Assembly (NCBI RefSeq): GCF_018977255.1
Contig: NW_024704750.1
Span: 6,138,001 to 6,202,000 of the forward strand
From: Callorhinchus milii
Taxonomy: Eukaryota
Length of the DNA stretch: 64,000 bases
Reading direction: 5' to 3'
Positions 1 through 10,794 of the stretch are shown piece after piece. Both the position numbers and the translations under genes were made by a program. Numbering within the stretch: position 1 is the first letter of the stretch; each line of letters begins with the position of its first letter. The notes beneath the pieces were generated by a model. It was not told the DNA's origin. It made no database searches and was given only the letters and a program-made list of their open reading frames with translations.

Positions 1-570
1 TAGGTTCCTGACTGGTTTGGTGACTTGAAGCGTGCAACCATGGAGGTAGATGCTGCCAGAGCCTGAGGTACAGAGGTGCTGGAGTGAGCCAATCAGGAGG
101 GCCTCAGTCTTGTTCACATTCAACTGTAGGAAATTTGCCCTCATCCAGGACTCGATGTCTGACAGGCAGTCTGTCAGGACAGCAGTGGTCCTGAGGTTGA
201 GGGTGGAGGCAGAAAGATAGAGTTGGGTGTCATCCGCATACGGATATGGAAGTTGACCCCATATCTGCGGATGATGTCACCAAGGGGGAGCATGTAGATT
301 TTAAAGAGGAGAGGGCCAAGGACAGAGCCCTGGGGCACACCAGACGTGACAGTGCGAGAGCTGGAGGAGAAACCGTGGATGCAACAAAGTGGAGACGGTG
401 AGAGAGATAGGAATCGAATCAGGCAAGGGCAGGTCCGCAAAGATTAAGTAAAGAGGAGAGGCGATGTATGAGGATGGAGCGGTCGAACGCGGCAGAGAGG
501 TCGAGGAGGACAAGAAGGCAAAGGAAGCCCTGATCGCAGATGTTCAGAATGTCATTAGTGACTTTGACAA
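1..570 (-). mobile_element. L2-clade LINE fragment (reverse transcriptase region), degraded
   Basis: Minus-strand translation [32 protein letters not shown] is a non-LTR RT motif. Bases 1-370 closely resemble the L2 copy at about 18817-19172. Confidence 0.9.
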
Positions 571-1764
571 CGTATTTCTTTATCATTATCATTTCTCACC
601 CTGAACAAAAATATATTTTCCTGAGTGCTACATATCAGCAAATCATAAACACCATGGGAAAAATTCACAAAAATCAAAATACCTTCACATCACCTATGCA
701 GATAGATTTGAACCTGAGCTAACGTACAATAAGCAAATTTAACAACCAAAACGGTGACTCATCCAGCAAGTACTTCGAATAAAAGTAATTATCCAAATTT
801 AGTCTATGGTGGATTTAGTTTTTAATTTGTACTTTCACAAGTCTTCTACAGAGCCTTTAAACCAACAGCTGCTTCAGGGAACTTAAGAGTGCAAATATAT
901 GATGAGATCTGCCAAAGTAAATTCTCCATGGTCACGGTTCAGTACCTGCTGCTATCACTCAATGTGCTTGCTCAACATTGCAAAATCTTCAGAAAATGAA
1001 AACCCTCCATCTGATAATTATTCCAACATACCTGTAGCACAGTGGGGCTGGTACATTTTGAACATTGATGCAAAAATCTTAAAGTTCTCAAAGGCATAAT
1101 TTCCAAGTCTAGCTATGGCCTTTAGTTTACCCTAATATAGAAAGTGTTTTAAGAACATTAGTTGTGATTGAGATTAATTTAATTAAAGCTGCATCAACAT
1201 CCCCAAGTAATGAAGCATCTCAATTCAATCTACAATAGCTGTTGAAAAGATGTTTGGCAGTTTATGAAGGTTAGTGAATTATCATTCACCTGATGCTAAG
1301 TGGCTCAAGACAATCTCCAAGTCTCACAACAAATGGGCTTTGCAGAGTGCAGTATAACAAGCAGCATGGGGTAGTGTCTCGGAGCGCTTAGCATAACTAA
1401 TTACAAGAGATACAAAGAAAATATTTTAACTGTGAAACATTTAAAAAAAAGTTTTTGAGGAGATTGTTGTTTTCAAACATAGTAGGACTACTGGTTCTTT
1501 ACTGAAGTTAAAAATTAACCAGCTTAAATTTGCTATTGGGGCCCTACTTTAGTTTCACAACATCTTGTAAAATCTAAACTGCATTCTACCCTACGGCTTC
1601 TACTGAACGTTAATGCTGGAGTTTTCTGTATCAACCACTTCTGAATTTTTTTTAAGATTACTTTTCCAGGTCAGTACTTCAAACTTAAATAGGCAACTCA
1701 GCAACCAGAACAAAGATTACTCGTTTGATTAGCAGGGTTACACAACATTTAAATCGGTCAGTTC

Positions 1765-1810
1765 CATTTAGATGGAACTAGAGCTTTCATTTAGATGGAA
1801 CTAGAGCTTT
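1765..1810. repeat. Perfect 23-bp tandem duplication
   Basis: CATTTAGATGGAACTAGAGCTTT occurs twice in tandem. Confidence 0.9.
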
Positions 1811-4800
1811 CCACCTGAGTTGACTGAACAGCAGTTGCAGCAGAGAAATCTGCAGCTCTGACTCCTCTATTTTCCAAACCAATGTCTGCAAGTCGCTCAA
1901 GTGGCAAGCCCAAGATATTTACAAATTAAAATTCTTAGAAAGCTAAATTATGTTTAAAAAGATTGTGAAGAGTTTTATATATGTGCATCTAATAATTTTA
2001 TATACTGGGTGAGCTGACAGCAACAACCTGCTCCACATGCTCTTATTTTCTATAAATGGCCTCTTCTCCAGACACAAGAGCAATCCAGAGCAACTGGGAG
2101 ATTTTTCTCTCGGTATAAAAAGAAGCAGCTAACCTCACTCGATTTTACTGAGTTCATGACTGAGAAATCACAATTATGAACTGAATATACGGAAAACTTA
2201 TATAGCAACAGCATAAATATACTGTTAAATATTACTGTAAAAAATGTTTCACCCATATGTTAAATCAAAATGTATTTACATATGTTAGAATAGTATCTTT
2301 ATTCTAAAACATTCACAGCACATAACACCACAAACAAGTTGTAATGCAAGGGAATAAATAGGAGAAGCTGACTCGGGCCACTTTTTAAAAAAAATTCCAA
2401 GACTACCATTTCTTGTTTCCCATAATGCCTTCACTTACATTAGCAGTCCAAAAGTGTAAAAAACGATTAAGGCCATTCAAAATGTAACAAGATATCTTCG
2501 GCATTTTACATCATCACTTCATAGTTGACTCAAGTCATAGCAGGAATCGTATAAGCCAAACCATAACTTTTAGATTCAGCACAGCAATGGTAGATTCAGT
2601 AAAACTGAGTTTACTTTAAACTGAGACAAGACCCACATCAAACCCTAATGTGAAATCACTCCACATTTCTGACATTTATAAATTTTGAAAATCAGGACAT
2701 ACCTTCTGGTAAATTTTATATTACAAACTTAATTGTTATAATAAAATGTTCAAAACAGTGCTTTCCAATTTGTAAAGAAGGATCACAAGATTTCGAAACA
2801 AGATTAAAAACATATGCTGTTAAATTTGGCACTGTTAGTACAATGCTAAGAGAAAAACTACTGGAAATAATGCATGTTTACCTGAATCGTGTTAGTAATT
2901 CGAATAATGTAAAAAAAATAAAAGCAGATCACTTAGGTGGCAAAAATACATGACAGACTCTCATGCAAAAGCCTCTTTTCCCATTTCCTCTTAATGAATG
3001 CCAAGAGCTCCAGAAGTATAGTGTAAAATTTCACACTGCCTATATGAGAGCTACTGCACATTCCTCAGCACCATCAGATATATGTGAAAGATTAATCTCT
3101 GGCATATAGCCATTGCAAGCTGGGGCACATCAGCCATTCAAGAATTAGACCACTGCAGCACGATTAACAAGATTCTATTATTCTCTTCACGGTCACAAAT
3201 GAGAACAGAATGTAGTCAATTGTACATCACTGCCTCCAAGCGGTCGTGAATTGTTATCTTAAATTGTTAGCTATAATGAAGGAACAAGACCTCTGATCTT
3301 AAAATTAATCTCTCCGATTCATGCTTAGGGGTTTGAAAAATGCTCAATACCTAACTGGCACATATTCAATTTAAAAATCTTGGTTCAATACATTCTTTTT
3401 TGTGGCACATATGCCAAACCTCCCAAATACTAGATTATTATAATAAACATTTACCATGATTTACCCAAAGTATGAGCAACAAGCAAACTTGCATTAATTG
3501 GATTTTATAAGGCTAACAAATAACAGTAAACAAGTATTACTGCAGCTGGTAAATGTGCATGCATTTGACGGATCAAGACTTTCTTTCCCGTGCTTGTTTC
3601 AAACAGAACATTATACAAGCGCGCTTCAATGCAGCTGGTAAGTACGTAGTGCTGATACGAGTTAGAAGATGATTTGCACAGGATTTAGGATTATTTGGGA
3701 CCAAGATCCTATTAAGATTTAGCCCTTTATCCAAATTATAAAATCCAACTAGTGCAAAGAAATCCGAGTGTTTTTTGGTAGGAAACTGAATAGGACTCAA
3801 GTGCATGTACGACGTAGGCGATTTTACGATTTATAGAGTTAACCCTTACGAGTTTTACTGTTTTTCAGTTACAGGTAAAATTGTTTATAGGTAACATTAC
3901 CCAAAGTATTTGCATTATTATAGCACATCAAAATACCTAGAAGTATTTCACAATTGGTTGCTACTAAATGTAGTGATGATTATTGTAGGCAAATATAACA
4001 GTTATTTACACCAACAAGCTCCCATTGACAGCCATGACATCAATAATCAATTCATATGAAGGATTGTAGCCAGGACACAAGAGAAATGGCCTTCCTTTTT
4101 GAATATGATACTATCTTTAACGTGCACCTGAACAGGCAGACAGACCATACCTCAGTTTGGAATGCAAAGAAGAATATTTGGACCAAGTTGGTTTAAGCAG
4201 ACAATACAAATCTCCAGACAATTAATGGAGGGAAAAACAATTCAGGACAAACGTTGGGTAATGCAACCTGAGATACTGAACCAAAATCAGGACAGCTGTT
4301 AACTATTTCTATCCAAATTGGATGTAATTTTTAAAGCCGATCTGTGAACACAGCATTTGATGCTAACCAACTTCTTTCAAGAATTCTGGTGTTGAAGAGT
4401 TGTTAAAAATACAATGCTTACTTATTTTAACTGAATGCTGTGCAGAAAAACTCCATAAATGTTCAGTTTAGAAAAACTGGAATGTCTCACTTAACTCTTG
4501 TTGTTGTTAACTGATATATTGATACAAGCAGAAGTTTTCAGAGTTCTGAATCAAAGAATACAAGGGCCAAGTAGGGTGAGAGGAAGGGAAAATAAAGTCA
4601 AGTTCCAGTGCCTGATCACTATTTACTGCCATATAAGTGTGGATGTACGCTGAGAAAAACATTGGTCACTGAATGATAGCCTCCATAACTGATAGCTGCT
4701 TACACAAGCCAGAACCGCTAGCACAAATAGAATCAAACTAAGATTTGTGATTTAAAATAAATGCACTTACTGAAACTGGTAGAAAAACATTTAAAAGACT

Positions 4801-5010
4801 TTCCTTTTTAAAAAAAGCTACCTTTGGAATATTTTTCCAATAATCAGATACATAAATTGACATTAAAAAGCAATGTTGCAACAGACTTAAATGACAACAT
4901 GATGGATATTTCACTAATGACAATTACTTCAGTTATTTTACAAGTGTGAAAGATTGACAACTACTGTATCAAGTGGCAGTCGTAAGTCGTGAAAAATGCT
5001 TTGAACATGG

Positions 5011-5106
5011 AATGTAAATTGGCATCTATGGTTCTTTCTTGAGCATTTCACCTTTCACATGGAAGGTGAAATGTTCAAGAAAGAACCATAGATGCCAATT
5101 TACATT
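5011..5106. repeat. Near-perfect inverted repeat (44-bp arms, 8-nt spacer)
   Basis: 5011-5054 is the reverse complement of 5063-5106 with one mismatch. Confidence 0.95.
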
Positions 5107-5446
5107 AACTCTACAATCGGTTCAACTACTGAATGTTATTTTACATTTTCAAATGTTATTTTACTTTTATTTGAAAACAAATATTTATGATCAATGAAAT
5201 TACAAGCTGTGTCTACAGAATAAACTACAAACTTCTCAATGAATTACTTAAAGTTAGCCACAAGCCACATCGACTTACAAATAGTTACCACAGTTGTCAG
5301 AAACTTTGTGAAGTTTCAAGACAAGACATTCAATGTTATAGGAACAGGGGGAGGCCATTCAGCCCCTGGAGCCTGGTCCGCCATTCTATTAGATCAAGGA
5401 TGATCTGTATGATATTGATGTTGTATCAAATCCAATATTATTATTA

Positions 5447-5545
5447 TTGTATTGCTGGACTCATGGTGCCAGTTATACTAGTTATTAATGGTGCTTGTGA
5501 TTAATAATAACTAGTATAACTAGCACCACGAGTCCAGCAATGCAA
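5447..5545. repeat. Inverted repeat (41-bp arms, 17-nt spacer)
   Basis: 5447-5487 is the reverse complement of 5505-5545 with three mismatches. Confidence 0.93.
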
Positions 5546-6018
5546 GTTTTGCAAATAAGAGACTCACTGTTTTTTTTCACAAACCAGTTTGGAGTTCACG
5601 TTAGTAAAGCCAAAGCATCCTTTGCTAGCTAAGCAGCAGTTTATGTTCTTTTGCCAACATAATTCCAACACATTTATTGATTTTTTAAAAAAGATATATG
5701 AAGGAGTCTGAGTTTTACATCTTGAAATTCTGCATAACAGACAGATGCTTCATTCTACAGACAACTGCGTTAAATAATGCAGCTATCTTCTGCTGCAGAA
5801 GATACATTTGTTATACAGAAAGGTGCCTGCAGATTACAGTTTCTTGAATGTCAATTGACCATTTCACATTTAGAGGTAAATACAAGGTAAATAAAATTAC
5901 TATAACTCCAAACACACAGTGCTGATCATTTTACTTCTTGAAAGCAATTTAACAGCAATGGCAAGACAGTAACCAACACCAGCTGAAAATCTTGATCTGG
6001 TGAACATGGCATGATATA

Positions 6019-6125
6019 CAGGGTAATCAAAAAGTTGTGATATATACCCTATTACCTAAAAAAATCATAATTTATTTAAGACGTATTATACGTTGTAACA
6101 GTATCACAACTTTTTGGTCACCCTG
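6019..6125. mobile_element. Tc1/mariner-type MITE (107 bp)
   Basis: 24-bp terminal inverted repeats CAGGGTAATCAAAAAGTTGTGATA / TATCACAACTTTTTGGTCACCCTG (2 mismatches), with TA on both sides (6017-6018, 6126-6127). Confidence 0.8.
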
Positions 6126-6149
6126 TACATATACATAATTTTAAGGTCA

Positions 6150-6470
6150 TAGTCTAAGCTGACAAGCCAATGCAGTATGGGGCAGTACTGCATTGTAAGA
6201 GGTGCCATGTTCAAATAGGATGTTACACCTGCTTGTTTAGGTGGATGTTAAAGATCTCATGGCACTGTTCAAAAAGAGAATGGAGTTTTTCCCACTGTCC
6301 TGGCCAACAACCCTAAATTACAAAAGGGTCACATCATCATAGGACACTATTGGGTGTAAACTGACTCTCGCATTCGTCCAAAATGATCACTATGGTTTAC
6401 AGTAAAATTCCCTGAAGGACCTTGGGAGGATGCAACGTGATAAGGCACGATATCAAAAGCAAAGGATGTT
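6150..6470 (+). mobile_element. Old DeuSINE-like remnant
   Basis: Resembles the recalled Deu-domain consensus (GAGGTGCC...GGATGTTA...GGTGGATGTTAAAGATCTCATGGCACT...GTCCTGGCCAA) and the copy at 33180-33470. Ends in a decayed L2-type tail. Confidence 0.6.
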
Positions 6471-6684
6471 ACTAAACACATCTGAATTTCCTAAAACTGA
6501 TCACCTTTCAACATGGCAATAGATTCTGGGATACTCAAAAGATTGCAACCAAATACGACAAATGCATTCTAAATTGTATTTTGTTTGCACACAGACTGCT
6601 GAGAGATAATGATTGCATTCATTTATGTTTTCAATACACCCTCCACTCAAAACTAGGCATACAGACGACGACGAACAACGAGTC

Positions 6685-6708
6685 GTGTGTGTGTGTGTGT
6701 GTGTGTGT
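6685..6708. repeat. (GT)n microsatellite
   Basis: Direct reading. Confidence 0.9.
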
Positions 6709-7041
6709 AAAAAAAATGGAAAAATATTTCCAGGAGATAAACATGTCCTGCAATTGAAGTACTTTTTTTTCCCCCCCCACAAAAAAGAAACGATTACACC
6801 ATCTTACCCCAAAAAAATCCCGTCGTCCTATTTTATGCAGGTAAAAAAAAACCGAATTATTTTGTATATTAAAACAGCACCTCGGGGAAATTAAAATGTG
6901 CCCAACCGCCGATTTCCACTTATCCAAACCGTCTCATGTGCGCGTTTGCTTTCTGCCTGAACAGATTTTTGATGGATGAGGCAAATGAGACGGAAGCGGA
7001 GGAGATATTAACTTTCGAATAAAATGTGAGCTCCTGTATAG

Positions 7042-7072
<31 letters not shown>

Positions 7073-7200
7073 CGTGTGGACGGAACGGTTAAAAACAAAA
7101 GCTACGCTGCGACACATCGAGGGATATATTATCCATCGGCTTTCTCTCACCCCCGTGTAGTATGAAACTGCACCATTTGCTTTGCTTTGCTCGATCGCAC

Positions 7201-7213
7201 CTCTCTCTCTCTG

Positions 7214-7245
<32 letters not shown>

Positions 7246-7278
7246 GTTCTCTCTCTCCCTCCCTCCCTCTCCCTCTCT
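7201..7278. repeat. (CT)n/(CTTT)n/(CCCT)n polypyrimidine microsatellite
   Basis: Direct reading. Confidence 0.9.
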
Positions 7279-7299
7279 GCCTGTGAAAGAGAATGTTCT

Positions 7300-8600
7300 G
7301 TCCTTTCCATCACGGGACTCGGCTTCCCGAAAAAAAATATTCACCGCCAACCTCTCCGCCGCCACTCGACTGACTGACTCACTGACTGCGGCGTCGGTGA
7401 ATTTATTTATGGCACTTTGTCTCAGGGCACAGGGCAGCGCCGGAGGTGGTGGTGGGGGGCGCGGGTGGGGGGTTATTTGGTGAACGAACACACTTACCGG
7501 CATCATCTTGAGAGACTTTTCAGCGCTCTCTCAAAATACGGCCAATTTCCCCCACAACAGAAATCCCGGGGCAATCTCGGCGGCGGCCGACAGGCGGCCC
7601 GAGGCGGCGACCGACCGGAGGTGTCCGACTGAGGCTCCCAGGGGTGTGGGGGAAGAAAGCCCGAGTCCGAAGTCCAGGCCGCGGGTTAGATTCACCTTTC
7701 ACTCTCGGGGGGAGGGAGGGAGGGTGGGCAACAAAGGTCCAAAATGCGGCGAAGCCCCGCGGGACGGCGGTCTTTTCTTTTAATTAATAAGGAGCGGAGG
7801 TGAGGGGGAGAAATGGGAGGAGACGATGGCGGCGCGGACGGCTCGGCTGCGATCCACCTCAAAGCGCCGCTCGAGGGGCTGTCGACTCAGGGCCGCGCGC
7901 TGCCTCCCGGCCAAGGGCGTTTCCAGTTGGCTGTCGGGGGGGGGAGTGGCGCTCAGCCAGGCCGCTCGCGCCCAACCGCCGCCGCCCGCCGCAGGGAGAG
8001 CGCGTGCGCCGAGCCCGGTCACCTGACTCCTGCGCGCCCGTGCGTGCAAGTGTGTGGATCGGTCAGTCAGGTAGAGCGGGGGGTGGGGGAGAGGGGTGGG
8101 CGGTGGTGGTCGTCGTCGACGTTATTATTCGGGGGTGACCAAAAGGTCTCGATACCATTACCATAACACACCTCATCAGCCTTGAAAGAAATTGTATATA
8201 TATTTTTTTTAGACAATAGGATAGACTTTTTTTTTCGCGGGGGGAGGGGGGGCATTCCTGTAGTGCCCGAATCCTCAAAACAACAGCTAACTTTAGTCCC
8301 TGCACCTCCCCTCCCTCTCCCTCTCCCTCTCCCAAGGTGCGACGACGCCCCCAACCCCCCCTTCAATCTTATTGCTAAGAGACGCGAAAGGCCCTGTTTT
8401 TTTTTTAAATTCCTTGCGGTTAAGACATGGCTCCAGAACCAGAAGACGCGCCCGCACCACCGCGCGAGGCATCTCTGGAATGCGGTTAAGGTGTCCCTGT
8501 GTGGGTGGGTGCGTCGAAAGGAAGACTCTTCAAGAGCATTGCACCGCCTGTTTCCGTACGCGCAGCTGTGCATGTAGACGGCCACCTGCTGGCTGAATGC
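7300..8600. promoter_or_regulatory. CpG island / promoter and 5' UTR of PPP1R13B
   Basis: Abrupt GC- and CpG-rich stretch in AT-rich surroundings, enclosing the start exon. Boundaries approximate. Confidence 0.8.
7498..7506 (-). CDS. PPP1R13B: Apoptosis-stimulating protein of p53 1 (ASPP1), first coding exon (M-M-P); the gene continues beyond the left edge
   Basis: Minus strand reads CAAG ATG ATG CCG|GTAAGT: an MMP start followed by a consensus donor, in a CpG island. Human ASPP1 begins MMP, and PPP1R13B neighbours ATP5MJ-TDRD9 in this orientation. With only 9 coding nt visible, the call leans on synteny. Confidence 0.75.
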
Positions 8601-8737
8601 TGTTCTAGAAGTCGGAAAAGATGTTATCCCTTCGGAAGTCCCAAGATTTGAGCCCCCCCATCCACACATCTTATTGGGAATTTTGGCTTGTACGGGAAAA
8701 GTTCCCTTTCTTGCCGGAGAACGTTGCCGAGCGGCAA

Positions 8738-8995
8738 GTTAAAACCTTGGGCAAGTTTCCTTACTCCACACGGCTAGTAATAATAATAATAATAATCCCG
8801 CCCCAAAACAAAAAGCAATAATAAATTGGGTCATTTTCAATCCACGACGGTTTGTGGGACGCTGCTGTGCGCAACTGACTGCCGCGTTTCGCCCACTAAT
8901 ATACGGTCAATTCACTTTACAGTCTATTCTGTGAAGTGCTTTGAGACTCGAGAAAACGTGAAAAGCGCTGTATCAAATGCAAGGATTATTATTAT
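8738..8995 (+). mobile_element. 5'-truncated tRNA/CORE/Deu-type SINE
   Basis: AAACCTTGGGCAAGTTTCCTTACTCCACA...TGTGAAGTGCTTTGAGAC...AAATGCAAGGATTATTATT matches the full copies in this window. Confidence 0.85.
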
Positions 8996-9799
8996 AAGCA
9001 AGGACAGAGTGTCTGTCTACCAAAATATTAAGCACTTTTTTTCTGGGGGGGGGAGAAAGATAAAACTGAAAATATTTTCTTTTAAGAGGGGAAAGCTACA
9101 GCTACTGTTCGATGAGTATTTTAGAGGTATTGGTGACCAACACACTTGTAAGTTTTATCTGACATCTAAATTCGATCAGTTCATCTTGTTTTATTTTGGA
9201 GATGTCACTGGAACTAAGAGCCACACATACAATTTAATAGCAGGACCTGTTTGAAGAAACGTTAACTGGTTAGGGGAGTGCTTTCAAATGTGATTATCTT
9301 AATCAATGGCTATAATGTGCCACCACCTTTTAAGTTAAAGTATTTAACTTCTGTACAGTGTGCAAGTGTCTATTTTTCATATGATCCTTAACAGGGAATG
9401 TCAACAGGCTATTTGACAATGGAAGTTATTGCAACCAAGGTATTGTTCGTCTGGATTCATCTATCTGAAGCGTTTTAGCAGTGATTGTGAACCGCAGTAT
9501 CAAACTACATTTTCCCTGTATCTTTCTAATGAAAGTTGAATTCAAAGAAATCAAGAAAAACATGCCAGTGTTAGAATATGTTTCCATTTAAGTCTATGAT
9601 GACACATGCTATTATTTTGTTGTTATATTTGTTTAGAACCCTATTCTGGCCCTGATTAAGTGAAATGCAGCCAATTAAAAAGGTTTGTTAGGATTTTGTT
9701 AGCCTTTAGATTGTACCAAGTTGCTGAACTACTGGAATGTTATTCCAATGATATATTTGAATCTTTTCATTATTGAAGTATTTCTGAGTTACAAAGCAG

Positions 9800-10135
9800 T
9801 CGTAGTTGACAACCCCTTATCAACCTGCCAGCTCCCTCCGCTCAGTAGGCTCCAGCCTACTCCATGTGCCCTGCCCAGTCCACCATTGGCAGTCGGGCCT
9901 TCAGCCTCTCTGCCCCACCCTCTGGAACTCTGATCCCCATTCCCTTTGCCTTGCTCCCTCGCTTACCTCCTTCATAGCACGCCTCAAGACTCTCCTCTTT
10001 GACCATGCCTTCGGTTACCCTCTCTGCCTCCCACCCTGATCCTCCCCGCTCGAGTCCTAAACCCTGACAGTTCAGCACCTTGGGACATCCTCCTGATTTG
10101 AAAAGAGCTTTACAAATGTAATTTTGTATTGTATT
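9800..10135 (+). mobile_element. L2 LINE 3' end fragment
   Basis: Translates to ...[18 protein letters not shown] and ends in CAGCACCTTGGGACATCCTCCTGATTTGAAAAGAGCTTTACAAATGTAATTTTG, like the other L2 tails here. Confidence 0.8.
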
Positions 10136-10794
10136 GCATGTGGTTTCTATTACAAAGCCAAATATTGCATATTTTACTGATCTCTAAAATGTTTTCACTC
10201 AATTATGACAGAAATTTCAGAGAGAAAAATGTTCAAGGTTATCTGGAAAACATTGCCCTGCTCTGAATAATCATCAACATTTTTGGGGGCAGAAATTCAG
10301 TTTGAAGGAGTTTTTAAGTTCATGGAATGGAAGTTATTAAAATATACCTGCTGTTTGTAACCTTTTTCTCAACTCTGGGCTAACAATATGACAGAAGATG
10401 GTGGCACAAGGTCAGAAAGGGAGTTTTTAAAGTGGATCCATTTTTAATTGATCCAAAAATGTAAAGTGAGCAGGAGTGAAACCAAAGCCACTGCTCATAT
10501 GTTGAAACATACAGCAAACCTTGGTGGTTTTCTTCATTGATTTGTGCAACAAAAAAAAACTCAAAACATGTTCAAAAGAGTACAATCATACAACTGTGTT
10601 AAAAGTGGCTTCAGACCAATCCGAAGAACCATTTCTATAACCATAACAAATATAACTTTCACATCTGCAACACTCAAATTTTATTCCTTCCATTACACAA
10701 ATTGCATACTCCAAGATGACATTCAATCTTCTGCAGCCTGATATCTTCCCGGTGATTCACATGATTTTAGCCTAGGTGGTCGACCTCGGTGTAA

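Noticed and set aside
7089-8669. Many overlapping 70-200 aa ORFs in the PPP1R13B CpG island
   Set aside because: Expected from GC-rich, stop-poor and microsatellite sequence; low-complexity products with no recognisable domain.
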